From assembly GCF_009914755.1 (NCBI RefSeq), contig NC_060930.1: a DNA stretch of 64,000 nucleotides; one strand, given 5' to 3'. The notes under the pieces were generated by a model. It worked only from the letters and a program-made list of their open reading frames with translations. It was not told the origin of the DNA and searched no databases. Each line of letters opens with the position of its first letter. Within the stretch, counting starts at the first letter, position 1. Below are positions 46,120-61,961 of this stretch, piece by piece. This DNA is from the human T2T-CHM13v2.0 reference genome, Homo sapiens. Both the position numbers and the translations under genes were made by a program.

Positions 46120-48975
46120 TTATCTCCTTCAGTTCTGCTCTGATCTTAGTTATTTCTTGCCTTCTGCTAGCTTTTGAATGTGTTTGCTCTTGCTTCTCTA
46201 GTTCTTTTAATTGTGATGTTAGGGTGTCAATTTTAGATCTTTCCTGCTTTCTCTTGTGGGCATTTAGTGCTATAAATTTCCCTCTACACACTGCTTTAAA
46301 TGTGTCCCAGAGATTCTGGTATGTTGTGTCTTTGTTCTCATCGGTTTCAAAGAACATCTTTATTTCTGCCTTCCTTTCATTATGTACCCAGTACTCATTC
46401 AGGAGTAGGTTGTTCAGTTTCCATGTAGTTGAGTGGTTTTGAGTGAGTTTCTTAACCCTGTGTTCTAGTTTGATTGCACTGTGGTCTGAGAGACAGTTTA
46501 TTGTAATTTATGTTCTTTTACATTTGCAGAGAAGTTCTTAAAGGACCTAATGGAGCTGAAAACCATGGCACAAGAACTACGTGACAAATGCACAAGCTTC
46601 AGTAGCTGATTTGATCAACTGGAAGAAAGGGTATCAGTGATTGAAGATCAAATGAATGAAATGAAGTGAAAAGAGAAGTTTAGAGAAAAAAGAATAAAAA
46701 GAAATGAACAAAGCTTCCAAGAAATATGGGGCTATGTGAAAAGACCAAATCTACGTCTGATTGGTGTACCTGAAAGTGTCAGGGAGAATGAAACCAAGTT
46801 GGAAAACACTCTGCAGTATATTATCCAGGAGAACTTCCCGAACCTAGCAAGGCAGGCCAGCATTCAAATTCAGGAAACACAGAGAACGCCACAAAGATAC
46901 TCCTCGAGAAGAGCAACTCCAAGACACATAATTGTCAGATTCACCTAAGTTGAAATGAAGGAAAAAATGTTAAGGGCAGCCAGAGAGAAAGGTCGGGTTG
47001 CTCACAAAGTGAAGCCCATCAGACTAACAGCTGATCTCTCAGCAGAAACTCTACAAGCCAGAAGAGAGTGGGTGCCAATATTCAACATTCTTGAAAAGAA
47101 TTTTCAACCCAGAATTTCATATCCAGCCAAACTAAGCTTCATAAGTGAAAGAAAAATAAAATACTTTACAGACAAGAAAATGCTGAGAGATTTTGTCACC
47201 ACCAGGCCTGCCCTAAAAGAGCTCCTGAAGGAAGCACTAAATATGGAAAGGAACAACCGGTACCAGCCACTGCAAAAACACGCCAAGTTGCTAGGAAGAA
47301 ACTGCATCAACTAATGAGCAAAATAACCAGCTAACCTCAAAATGACAGGATCAAATTCACACATAACACTATTAACCTTAAATGTAAATGGGTTAAATGT
47401 TCCAATTAAAAGACACAGACTGCCAAATTGGATAAAGAGTCAAGACCCATCAGTGTGCTGTATTCAGAAAACCCATCTGACGTGCAGAGACACACATAGG
47501 CTCAAAATAAAAGGATGGAGGAAGATCTGCCAAGCAAATGGAAAACAAAAAAAAGGCAGGGGGTGCAATCCTAGTCTCTGATAAACCAGACTTTAAACCA
47601 ACAAAGATCAAAAGAGACAAAGAAGGCCATTACATAGTGGTAAAGGGATCAATTTAGCAAGAAGAACTAACTATCCTGAATATATATGCACCCAATACAG
47701 GAGCACCCAGATTCATAAAGCAAGTGCTTAGATACCTACAAGGAGACTTAGACTACCACACAATAATGATGGGAGACTTTAACATCCCACTGTCAACATT
47801 AAACAGATCAACGAGACAGAAAGTTAACAAGGATATCCAGGAATTGAAATCAGTTCTGCACCAAGCAGACCTAATAGACATCTACAGAACTCTCCACCCC
47901 AAATCAACAGAATATACATTCTTCTCAGCACCACATTGCAGTTATTCCAAAATTGACCACATAGTTGGAAGTCAAGCACTCCTTAGCAAATGTAAGATGC
48001 AAATTATTCTCACTTATGGAAAAGAAAATATATGATACAATTTCTCATTTAGGCCAGGACATCAGTATAATTGTCCATGTGAATGAAAGTGTATTTTGCA
48101 AGTATTGTTTTTAAAAAATATCTAATTTTTATCGTGATTTTTTATTATTTTTAGATTATCTTATTAATGAATAATAAATGTGTGCTTGCATCACACATGT
48201 ATTATATCATCATATACAGAGCATTATTTGTAATTTAAAATATATTTAAACATGCAAACTTTAGCATTTTATGAACTTTTTAGATTAATCTGAGCTATTT
48301 TCCTTGAACAGGTTCAGGTATCTCTGCTCCCACATAAAATCAATTGCTTCATTTTCAATAAATAGAGACATTATGTGTATCTTCAAGTCAGAAAACATCT
48401 TTCAAAAAATGTAAATAGTAAACATATGCCTAAATTTTTCCCCATTCTTCAATGTTTTTGGATAAAATCTGTATTTTAAAAATTATCTGGATGAATACTC
48501 CTCTCTCAAGAATACTAAACATTAAATTTTGTGCTTATAATTTTCATAAAAAGAAATATGCTTGTAGAATTATATCTTGGCAACCAAATTCTCCATTTTA
48601 AAGAAGTCCAGAGTGCTTACATTTGAACTAGTTCTTATTTTGTACATTATAAGTACATCACTAGTATTGTACATAACCATATTTGTAAATGCTTTTTAAT
48701 AAAGCATTAAGAAGATTATGAAACTATGCCTAGCAAGGCTAAATTAAATAGAACAGAGCCCTCCATTCTTTTCTATACTGAAATTTTACAGAAATTATAA
48801 TCCTCACACACTAATTCAGTGAATATTCAATATTGTGCTATAGCTTCTTTGGATCATCACAGCTATCAGAAACACATATATTTTTGCCCCTTTCAATGGG
48901 GATGGTGCATAAGAAAATACTAAGAAAAAGATATTGTGGAGCACCATCTATTCATTTTCAAATTTTATTCTCAAC

Positions 48976-49660
<685 letters not shown>

Positions 49661-50296
49661 CTTCATAAATATATATGTATATATATATGTGTATATAGGT
49701 GTATATATACACCTATATACATATATGTAAGTTTGCAGAAGCTTTTTTTTGGTTTTATAAACATATAAAATATGATTCAAGAATAAGGAGATTGAGTAGA
49801 ATGATCAATCAATGAGTAAATGTAAAATAGTTATCCTAATCATAGCAGTAATAGTATTAACTAATAAGTCCCTTGATTGCTCCCTAACTGACTTTAAGAG
49901 TTAGAACAGAGTAACTGAGTTATATTATGTGAGGTTCCATAAGCCTGGCAACATAAACCTAGTGATAACAAGAAAGATCTAAAATTTTAGTGACTTAGAA
50001 GAACAAAGCTATATTGTACTCTCATTTCAAATTTATTACAAGTCTGAAGAACCAATTTAGGCATGCTTCTTCAGGTGTTGCTTCTGTATATCAGATATCC
50101 TTAATCTTGTAGGACCACTGGAACAAAGGAACTTCCACAATTTTATGGCACTGGCAATTAGATGTTGTGACAATTTTAAATTTTACCTGATCACTGCCAT
50201 TCTGGGAAACAGGGGCAGCTGAAGAAATCCTCTGTTCTTTGTGTTCTAGGAAACAGCATAATGCAAAGAAACATCCTTCCCCTGCACAATTTAGAT

Positions 50297-50863
50297 GAAA
50301 CTTAGATATAGCCCCATCATTAACTCTGACAAAGTCAGACACTGATCCTCGACATTCCCATTCTTTATACTTTATAAATGGTAAGCTGAACTACTTGTCC
50401 CCACTGATCAATTGAGACATAATGCTTGTTAGCCAAACTTTGATTAAAGAGTCTCTCCTTCCCCCAGCTTTGGCACATCCTCAGCCTGAGCCAGGATGCA
50501 ACCTCTCCTTAAAAGTCCCTAAGAAGAATAAACTGGCCCCAGGGTAAAACATTCTTGAATCTACTATCCAATCATGCAACTCTAATACATTCTATTTTTC
50601 AACACTTCTTTTTTTCTAGCCTCATTACTCCTCCGTCTAAAAGAAAAGGTAATGTCTAACCTTTGAGACACTTTCATATCTTATGGTCTGAATGTTCTCC
50701 CTATTGCAATAATTTCCATCCTCCTATTGCAATGGTCCCTTCTACCGTTCACCCCTCCCTCTGCAATAATCCATTCAAATTGAGTTCTCCATATTAGAGT
50801 TACAAATGGATTTGTCATACATCACCTGGTTATTTTTTGGCTTTTGTTTGTTTTTAGCTTGAC
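50297..50863 (+). mobile_element. ERV1-class LTR (MER31/MER67 group), probably nested in an MLT1 remnant
   Basis: Repeated 'cctattgcaat' motifs, 'gcttgttagccaaactttg', 3' end 'ttgaca'. Confidence 0.45.
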
Positions 50864-51104
50864 AGCTTCTATTCAAAAATGGCATAATTCAATTCTACTC
50901 ATATTTTTTTTGGAACAAAACAATTCACATAACCATGCTTGACCTTAAGGTCAAGAAAATGCTATCATTAGTACTCAGAAAAACTAAAAATCATTATGAC
51001 CTCTGTGCAGTGCACAACTATGTGAAGAACTTTTTTTACATACAAAGAGGTAAAATTTATTGTAACTCTCACAAACTAATAATTTCCTAAACAAAAGCTT
51101 AGAC

Positions 51105-51379
51105 TTTTTTTTTTTTTTTTTATGGACTGTAGTAGAGTTGATCATAGTTCACTGAAGCCACAAACTCATGGGCTCAAGTAATCCTCCCACCACAGACTTT
51201 TGAGTAGCTGGGACTACAGGTGCCTGCCACTATGCCTGGCTAATTTTTAAATTTTTCTATTGTAGAGACAGCATCTCATTATGTTGACCAGGCTGGTTTT
51301 GAACTCCTGGCCTAAAGAAATCCTCCTGCCTTGACCTCCCAAAGTGCTGAGTTTATAGGCATGAGGTAACACACCTGTC
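51105..51379 (-). mobile_element. AluJ with internal deletion
   Basis: 'gatcatagttcactgaagcc...ggctcaagtaatcctccc' (J-type), followed by the left arm. Confidence 0.85.
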
Positions 51380-51710
51380 TGTACCTGTTTATTGGTCAAA
51401 AGACCTATTCTTCCTAATGCCATAGTATTATTTTAAACTTTATTTATAAGTGTTTCAGTTTTCTTTTAAGTTTGACAACTTTCTGTCATGTTACCCAACA
51501 TGGTATCTTGGCGCTCTAAATTTAAAAAGTTATGTACTCTGTAGAATGCAACGTTAAAATTTTCTTTTATAAGATTGTCACAACTACATAGTCATCCCAA
51601 TAATGATTTTTGAAATAGAAACCAAATGAAATAATACAATAATGTTAATTTATCATTATTTTTTGAACGGTCACAAAAGTAATTATATTAGAAACATAAT
51701 AAATTAGACT

Positions 51711-51930
51711 AGGAGTTGGCAAACTATGGCTTGTGTAGTTTTCGATAGCCCCAGCTGTTTTTTTACAGCCCAAGAACTATGAATTTTTTTTTTAAATATT
51801 TATTTTTAATGTTACAAAATAATCACCACAGGAATAAAGTAAAGAAGAATACATTTTATGAACTCACAAAGTCAACTCTTTGTTGACTGTTGACAATCTG
51901 ACCCTTTGGAGTAAAATTATGCTTATCCCT
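51711..51930. mobile_element. MER58A-like hAT MITE
   Basis: 'aggagttggcaaactatggc...tctgaccctttggagtaaaattatgcttatccctg'. Confidence 0.55.
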
Positions 51931-53740
51931 GACTTAGATAATTATATGTTGGAGTCATGAACAAAATTAAACTAGTGACTAATTTTAAATTATGGTTACA
52001 TTTAAGGGAAAAGTTTAGTTTGATAAAGACCAATGATATATGGTAAATGTTATATTTAAAATATTTGTCATTTAAAAATGTTTGAATTAATTCACTTTTA
52101 GAACTTAAATCCATATAAACCTTATTTAAATGTTATTTACATAAATATCCACTATTTTGTTATTTCAGGTTGCTAGTAAAAATATCTCATCACTCTGTTT
52201 AAATGCATTAAATAAATTAATAGTATAATTATTTATAATGTAAAATGTTAGGATATTACAAATAAAATATTCATAAGTAAGGAATATATGAATTTCATAT
52301 ATTTTGAAACTGTATTTCTCAGCACCTTTGTCTTAACAACAAACCTCATTGAGTCCATAAGGTAAACAAACTTTATTTCAAGTATAGTTAAGTTTTACCA
52401 GGGTTCAATTATGCCACTAGATGGAGCATTTAGCACTGCAGAGAGCTCTGTAAGAAAGCTCTTTTTTTTATTTTAAATAGATTTTAAAGGGGAAATATTT
52501 GAAAGATGTTACCAAAAAAAATTCTGGTGAACTTTTGAGAAAATCATCTCAACACTGTTATTATTTTACAGTCAAAATTTATTTTTCAGGCTGTGAAAAT
52601 TGATAAGCATGTTGAAAAGTCAGAATTTATTAAAAGAAAAATCTCAATAATGTTGCAAATTGACTTCTCAGTAGTATTCTCAGTTTCCTCTGATTTGACA
52701 TATGTTGCAATATAAATGTGTTTTTGTGATGTTTTGAGAACAAAGAAATGCTGCTACTACTAACATTCAAAAATGGCAATTTTTAACAATGATAATGGAA
52801 TCTGTGTGGGTTGGCACTAGTGCGAGGAAAATAAAGAAAAAAGAAAAAGAGACAGTTGAACATCAATGAAAAAGAAACAGCAGTGGATGTTGCATTGTCT
52901 GTGTATGTGGCATGGCTGTGAAATAAGTGCACGGCAAAGAGTTCTTTCAAATGCCTTCGCCTAAGAAGATCAATCACAGTGGCTGCAAGCCCTGAGGTGG
53001 AAGGTCAGAGCCTATTGGCTGAAGCCATAGGGTTGAACAAAATCATGCTGTGCGTCATTCATCAGACTCTATTTTAACCAATTTTCTTCAGCTCAAGCAA
53101 CAGTAAACAGGATAAACAGGAATCGTATTTCTAACACTGGTTTTTCTCCAGGTTAATTTATGTATCTTCAAAATTAAGCCTCACCAACTTTCTAAAGCCC
53201 ATCATTTAGCCCTCTTCCAATGTGCAGCTGTTTAAATGAGGCTGGAAGCAATTTTGCCACACGATGCTGATGTCAGTTAAATGCTGAGTATTAGCAGAAT
53301 GGGAAAACATCAAATGAGTGAGTCTGTTTGCTGTGTTGATCAGCATTCCTCACATTCTAATGGATCATACTGACAGGCGCAGCTCATTGGCTTCTAAAGG
53401 GAAAATTAGACCTATTGACTAGCACAGACATGCATGTATATGAGGGAAAGCATTTAAAGTAGAACAAAAATTAGATTTTTTTTCTCCCTGGAAAAAAGCC
53501 ATGAATATTCTGAATGAAGACTTTCAGGGAAGACAGGATGCAAAACTGCCAAGTGTGAAAATGATTACAAATGACAGCTGATGTGGAAAAGTGTTAACCA
53601 GAAAAAATTTCTAGTTTTAGGACTACATTCTATGACAATATGACTCTACCCAAATCCCATAGTATTCCAGACCAAGGATAATAATTACTTAAATACTTAT
53701 TTGTAAATTTAAAAAAGAATATTCATAAAGAATATTCCTC

Positions 53741-54090
<350 letters not shown>

Positions 54091-54739
54091 TTATTGAAAA
54101 ATATTATTTAACATAAATTGTATACATAGTGTAAGGTAAGCATTTATAATAAGACTTAGTTATTTTAGAAATAATTATATTTAGAAAAATATAATCATGC
54201 TTTTTAATTGAACTCTGAGATCTATTTTATTTGGTCTTCTCTCAAGTATTAAATCTGTATTCAAGTTTTACAAATCCTCTCAGCTGCTTTGCAGGTCAGG
54301 ACTCATCTAGCTTGAGATGGCCGTAACGTTCTTCTTTTATAATTGTCGACTCAGCAAAATTTTCATGAGTAAATGACGAATAAAACAATAGTGTTTCAAA
54401 TTAAAAATGTATAAATTTTTAAAGTAATTTAAGAAGATAGTGATGTTATAAATCATAGAAGAATAGATATATGTTCTACAGATGAATATTCTATTCTAAA
54501 AATTCTTGGCACTGGGTATTTGGCTTTTTACATTTTTGATCTGGTGGAGGTAAGGAAATTCATTTACTGATCAAACTGTGGACAAATAAATTTAGTTCAG
54601 AGATAAAACTCATGTCTTTACTTGGATGAGAAAATTTAATTTAGATAGTGGAATAAATTATTTAATAGAAAATTTCTTTCCTTATAAACATCAGTTAGAC
54701 ATATTTTAAAAAGCAAGCATTTAGAAGTTGAAGAACCTT

Positions 54740-54875
54740 ACTTGAAATTATGACTTACTTCCTGGCTGCTTAATGTACATAATCCAACTAAATTTCCTGA
54801 GTTCTAAACTTTTCATATATAAAATGGAGATAATAATGTTATCTCACAAGTTTATAAGGATTGCATAATATGATG
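54740..54875 (+). mobile_element. MIR fragment
   Basis: 'ttttcatatataaaatggagataataatgttatctcacaagtttataaggatt'. Confidence 0.55.
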
Positions 54876-55272
54876 AATTACTTTTGGTCTTTAATTATTA
54901 TTATTAGTATTAATACTGTGATGCGAATAATCTTATTTTTAAGACATTTTGATTTCTGCATACGTTTTTCTATATTACACTCCGTTAATAAAATGTAAAT
55001 ATTCTGGAATTCATAATAGACAGAAATAGGGATTGAAATGAAACTACAGTTATAGTCTACTATTTACTAGGTGGTATAATAGGCTCTGATAATACAAAAG
55101 TGAAAAAATCAACATTTCACTTAAAAATAATTGAAAAAATTTGTCAATATTTAACAACTATTCATAGAAGTTATAAAAGTGCAAACATATAAAAGCTATC
55201 AAAAATTGTGATGATATGCATGTTCAGCTAAGATTCTGTGGTTTAGCTTTTGCTAAACCACATATATATGTG

Positions 55273-55308
<36 letters not shown>

Positions 55309-55583
55309 TATGTTCATAATAGGCAAAGCTAACTGCAATTCAGCCTGACTTCTTTTCCATCCAAGCACAGAGCTCATATTTAATATGGGCTTGCCACAAT
55401 AGATAAAAGCAGGATTAGTCCTATGATGTAGAAATAGATGCAAAATAAACATGATTCCAATCATAGGTCTATAAATGTATGCATCATTTATCTATGTTGT
55501 TGACACATTAATTCTGGAGCTCTTTTTGTGGTATTAAAATGTAAGTTGATCAACATGATTGCTTTTATTCCTTTATATTATTA

Positions 55584-56657
55584 GTTACAATCAATATAAA
55601 CTACATATAAAAAGGCAAAGTGAAATAACTAGTGTACTAATCTAAACTACATAGAGATTCAATAAAACAACAAATATTTTTCCCACATAATAGATATTGC
55701 TGTTATCTAGTGTTATTAAACAGTTAATAGACCCTTCAGTTCACTTTTTTCAAATTAAAACAATTTTATATTTGAAAGCATCCTTGAAAGACATGCTTTA
55801 AAACTGATACAATACATTCTACCCGATGAAGACTCTTCAAATATATATTGTAAATTTATTTGATATGATTTTCTCTTTATAGTTATTGCAATATTTTATG
55901 TTAATACATATTTAGGGAGGCATCAAAAGCAGATTATTAACCTAGTGAATTATGACAGATCCAAAGAATTTACTGTTTGTTCATTACAGCAATTGTCACT
56001 GAAAACTCTTAATTCACAAGTACAGCTACCAATTCTACATGTAAATATCTATCATTCATTTATTTTTTCCTCATTATTTTAAAGGAAAGTCAACTCTATG
56101 TGCAATAAATTATTAGACTTATTTAGAAAAAGTGCATCATAGGAAGAACAAAATATTTTCAGCAATGACGTTTTTAAAAGAATGTATTAATTTAAACAGT
56201 TTTCTTTTAAGAAATTTGAGCAAATATTCAATAGTACTAGGTAATATGCACTTAGTGTCTCATTTTTGGCAAAAAGACATAATTTGGAGTAAGTGCTCTT
56301 GCATATCTTCTATTAATGCTTCTATAATTTATGCTCAAAATATATAGATGCAGCACTTAGTGAGGCAATTTTTCAATGCATAATGATAATGAATATCAGT
56401 CATACACATTGCACAATTTTAGAATCAGAATGTTGTTGGGCAGACACTTCTTTTCTTTTTTCTCCATAGAAATGCTTCTGCCCACTGGTTAAAAGACATG
56501 GTGGATAATTGGGAAAGTGTGCATTGAGTAATTAATATATTGTAAAAGGTGCCAAGATAGTTTTTGTTTGTTTGTTTACTTGCTTGCCTGTTTTTTTTTT
56601 TTTTTGTCTATTCAGGATAATTAAGGGAAAAGTTATTCCAGGGTTGTTTTCATTGAA

Positions 56658-56701
<44 letters not shown>

Positions 56702-56873
56702 TTACGTTATAATCAATCTAATAAACTATATATAAAAAGGCAAAGCGAAATAACTAGTGTACTAATCTAAACTAGAGATTCGATAAAACAACAAATATTT
56801 TACCCAGATAATAGATATTACTATTATCTAGTGTTACTAAACAATTAATAGACCCTTCAGTTCACTTTTTTCA
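55584..56873 (+). repeat. Dispersed direct duplication of ~168 bp (55584-55752 and 56706-56873)
   Basis: Both copies read 'aaaaaggcaaag.gaaataactagtgtactaatctaaacta...aatagacccttcagttcacttttttca'. Confidence 0.92.
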
Positions 56874-57010
56874 CACACACACACACACAAATGTATATAT
56901 ATGTGTATATATACATATATGTGTATATATATTTGTGTGTGTATGTACATATATATGTGTATATATATGTGTACATATTTGTGTGTGTGTGTACATACAG
57001 AGAGAGAGAA
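56664..57010. repeat. (TA)n and compound (CA)/(TA)/(TG)/(GA) microsatellites flanking the second duplicate copy
   Basis: Pure TA run at ~56664-56698; compound run at 56872-57010. Confidence 0.9.
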
Positions 57011-57250
57011 AAATAGTTAACTAAATAGCTTAATGCTTTTAGTTCCTTGCTTCTTGCTTTAGTCAGTAGATAAATGTACATTTAACTTTAAAGTGAATAT
57101 GAAGGAAGATAACTTATTCTATTCTTTTTACAATAAATATTTTTTATCTTTGAAAGTCAAAATATGAATTGAATTTTCAAATTTATGTGATCATTTCTAG
57201 CTTTTTAATGAGCAGATCATCTATGAATTCAATAAAGCTACCTATTATAC

Positions 57251-57351
57251 TTTTGTTTTTAAATTATACTTTAAGTTCTGGGTTACATGTGCAGAACATG
57301 CTGCATGCATCAACCCGTCACCTACCTTAGATATTTCTCCAAATGTTATCC
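57251..57351 (-). mobile_element. Very short L1PA 3' end with internal deletion
   Basis: 'attatactttaagttctgggttacatgtgcagaacatg...catcaacccgtcacctaccttagatatttctccaaatgttatcc'. Confidence 0.75.
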
Positions 57352-58334
57352 ATTTTATTCTGTCCTGTAACAATGAGTACTCACTCCCTACTGCTATAGC
57401 AGACCAGAGCAATAGTCTCCTTTAGAGGACATATACTTATTTTGCTTTTCACCTCTATTAGTTCCATCTGTTCCTGGTACTAATGGGAAGGCCCCTAAAT
57501 TCTGGCAACAGTACCGAGTATTCCACTTTGAGTATATAACTTATACTCAGTATTAGTCACAACTCTCCTTTGATCTAATTATTCTAGTATACAGTGATGA
57601 TACAACTGTCTTCCAGCTTCCATGAATTTTGAAAGAATTAATGACACAAAATGCATAAGACATTCTAAGCTCCTAGGAAAAGCCCCTCTGATTACAAAGT
57701 ATTAATTTTAGTTTTGAAGACATCGAAAATGCTTCTTGGCATAGGTGTAAGACACAGTTTAATATTAATTACACAGTATGACTGCTTTGGGATGTTTTGG
57801 TTACATCATAATGCAATATCATAAGTGAAGACAATAAAGTTTTATTCAAGTATAGCTGGTATTTGAATTAAAACAATATATATTTTCTATAAAATATTTC
57901 TATGTTTTTAAAAAGCTAGAAATAGTTGAGGAAAGGTCACAGACTTTATATCCATCTATGCAATTTATCTAATGTCAATTACATTTCATCAAAACTCTAA
58001 AGTGAGTTGTCTTTAATGTTTGTTTGTTACATTACCACAAGAAAAGTATAAGCTTGATTTGTAATCATCGATAAGTATATTAAATCAGTGTATAGAATAT
58101 CTTGAAAATATAGATTTATAAGTATTCACAAATTAAATATAAAGTTGAATGTATTCGTGGATATATGCATTTTTTCAAATTGTAGTTGCTCTTATTCTAT
58201 GACCATTTTGTTCATATTTTACTCCTGCCCTAGCGAATTCATATTGCTTATCTGGAAAATAAAAGTCTCCCTCATGATTTTTTTTTCATCATAACTTGAT
58301 TTTGTGTTCATGGGCGTACTGGAGGCCTAAAAGC

Positions 58335-58554
58335 TTTAGAATGCTGAAGCAGGCTTGCACTGCTTGCAAGAGCCAACTGTGCACATTTTTTCCCCAGCCT
58401 ATGTGCAGTGACATTCCACTGGAAGCTTGAAATCAACAACAATGGTAGGGCATTGACACCATAGAGACTGGCAAATGCTACACATTAGGTGTTTTTTTTT
58501 TCTTTCTTTCTCTAATAGAAAGCCAGTGGTTAAACATTTACCTGTACACTACTG
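58335..58554. mobile_element. MER63A-like hAT-Blackjack MITE
   Basis: 'caagagccaactgtgcacat...gcttgaaatc...ggcaaatgctac...gttaaacatttacctgtacactactg'. Confidence 0.7.
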
Positions 58555-58949
58555 CCTACAATTGAGATTCAAAGGGACCTGCTTCTATCTTTGAGAGTAC
58601 ATATAGACAACTATGTGAAATTTGGTGATGTGCCTTCATTGATAAATGGATGCTAGAAAATACATTTTTTTCCTTATGTAAACTACATGGCAAGAACAGT
58701 GGGGCAACATACAAAAGTATTTAGATATATGTAAGAAATAGAGAATTTTAACTTCAACAACTTTTCTAAACAGAAAGATAAAGTATTTTCTTATGAATAA
58801 TTTTTAAAAAACAAATGATACTGCTGTGTACACAAACTTGTCAACAATTTCATTTCCCATTAATTGTGATACAAACAGTGTTATTCAGTCTAATATGAGG
58901 GAGACAGATAGAGACCTTCCTTCTACGAGAAGATTTTGCTCCTGAATTC

Positions 58950-60031
<1,082 letters not shown>

Positions 60032-60067
60032 ATATTTGTCATGCCATTTATAAAAATACATATTGAA

Positions 60068-61961
60068 ACTGGGTGCTCCTGTGTTGGGTGCACATATATT
60101 TAGGATAGTTAGCTCTTCTTGTTGAATTGATCCCTTTACCATTATGTAATGGCCTTCTTTGTCTCTTTTGATCTTTGTTGGTTTCAAGTCTGTTTTATCA
60201 GAGACTAGGATTGCAACCCCTGCCTTTTTTTGTTCTCCATTTGCTTGGTAGATCTTCCTCCATCCTTTTATTTTGAGCCTATGTGTGTCTCTGCATGTGA
60301 GATGGGTTTCCTGAATACAGCACACTGATGGGTCTTGACTCTTTATCCAATTGCCAGTCTGTGTCTTTTAATTGGAGCATTTCATCCATTTATATTTGAA
60401 GTTAATATTGTTATGTGTGAATTTGATCCTGTCATTTTGATGTTAGCTGGTTATTTTGCTCATTAGTTGATGCAGTTTCTTCCTAGCCTTGATGGTCTTT
60501 ACAATTTGGCATGATTTTGCAGTGGCTGGTACCTGTTGTTCCTTTCCATGTTTAGTGCTTCCTTCAGGAGCTCTTTTAGGGCAGGCCTGGTGGTGACAAA
60601 ATCTCTCAGCATTTGCTTGTCTGTAAAGGATTTTATTTCTCCTTCACTTATGAAGCTTAGTTTGGCTGGATATGAAATTCTGGGTTGAAAATTCTCTTCT
60701 TTAAGAATGTTGAATATTGGCCCCCACTCTCTTCTGGCTTGTAGAGTTTCTGCTGAGAGATCCACTGTTAGTCTGATGGGCTTCCCTTTGTGGGTAACCC
60801 GACCTTTCTCTCTGGCAGCCCTTAACATTTTTTCCTTCATTTCAACTTTGGTGAATCTGACAATTATGTGTCTTGGAGTTGCTCTTCTCGAGGAGTGTCT
60901 TTGTGGCGTTCTCTGTATTTCCTGAATCTGAATGTTGGCCTGCCTTGCTATACTGGGGAAGTTCTCCTGGATAATATACTGCAGAGTGTTTTCCAACTTG
61001 GTTCCATTCTCCCCGTCATTTTCAGGTACACCAATCAGACGTAGATTTGGTCTTTTCACATAGTCCCATATTTCTTGGAGGCTTTGTTCATTTCTTTTTA
61101 TTCTTTTTTCTCTAAACTTCCCTTCTCACTTCATTTCATTCATTTCATCTTCCATTACTGATACCCTTTCTTCCAGTTGATCGCATCGGCTCCTGAGGCT
61201 TCTGCATTCTTCACGTAGTTCTCGAGCCTTGGCTTTCGGCTCCATCAGCTCCTTTAAGCACTTCTCTGTATTGGTTATTCTAGTTAGACATTCGTCTAAA
61301 TTTTTTTCAAAGTTTTCAACTTCTTTGCCTTTGGTTTGAATTTCCTCCTGTAGCTCGGACTAGTTTGATCGTCTGAAGCCTTCTTCTCTCAACTCGTCAA
61401 AGTCATTCTCCGTCCAACTTTGTTTCGTTGCTGGTGAGGAACTGCGTTCCTTTGGAGGAGGAGAGGCGCTCTGCTTTTTAGAGTTTCCAGTTTTTCTGTT
61501 CTGTTTTTTTCCCCATCTTTGTGGTTTTATCTACTTTTGGTCTTTGATGATGGTGATGTACAGATGGGTTTTTCATGTGGATGTCCTTTCCGTTTGTTAG
61601 TTTTCCTTCTAACAGACAGGACCCTCAGCTGCAGGTCTGTTGGAGTTTCCTAGAGGTCCACTCCAGACCCTGTTTGCCTGGATAACAGCAGCGGTGGCTG
61701 CAGAACCGCGGATTTTCATGAACCACGAATGCTGCTATCTGATTGTTCCTCTGGAAGTTTTGTCTCAGAGGAGTACCCGGCCATGTGAGGTGTCAGTCTG
61801 CCCCTACTGGGGGGTGCCTCCCAGTTAGGCTGCTCGGGGGTCAGGGGTCAGGGACCCACCTGAGGAGGCAGTCTGCCCGTTCTCAGGTCTCCAGCTGCGT
61901 GCTGGGAGAACCACTGCTCTCTTCAAAGCTGTCAGACAGGGACATTTAAGTCTGCAGAGGT
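60068..61961 (-). mobile_element. Doubly truncated L1PA3/4-like fragment (distal 5'UTR, ORF1, start of EN)
   Basis: ORF1 ATG at 61516 (frameshifted); 186-aa open ORF1 C-terminal part; retains the ~129-bp 5'UTR segment (~61642-61769); no 3'UTR or poly-A. Confidence 0.93.
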
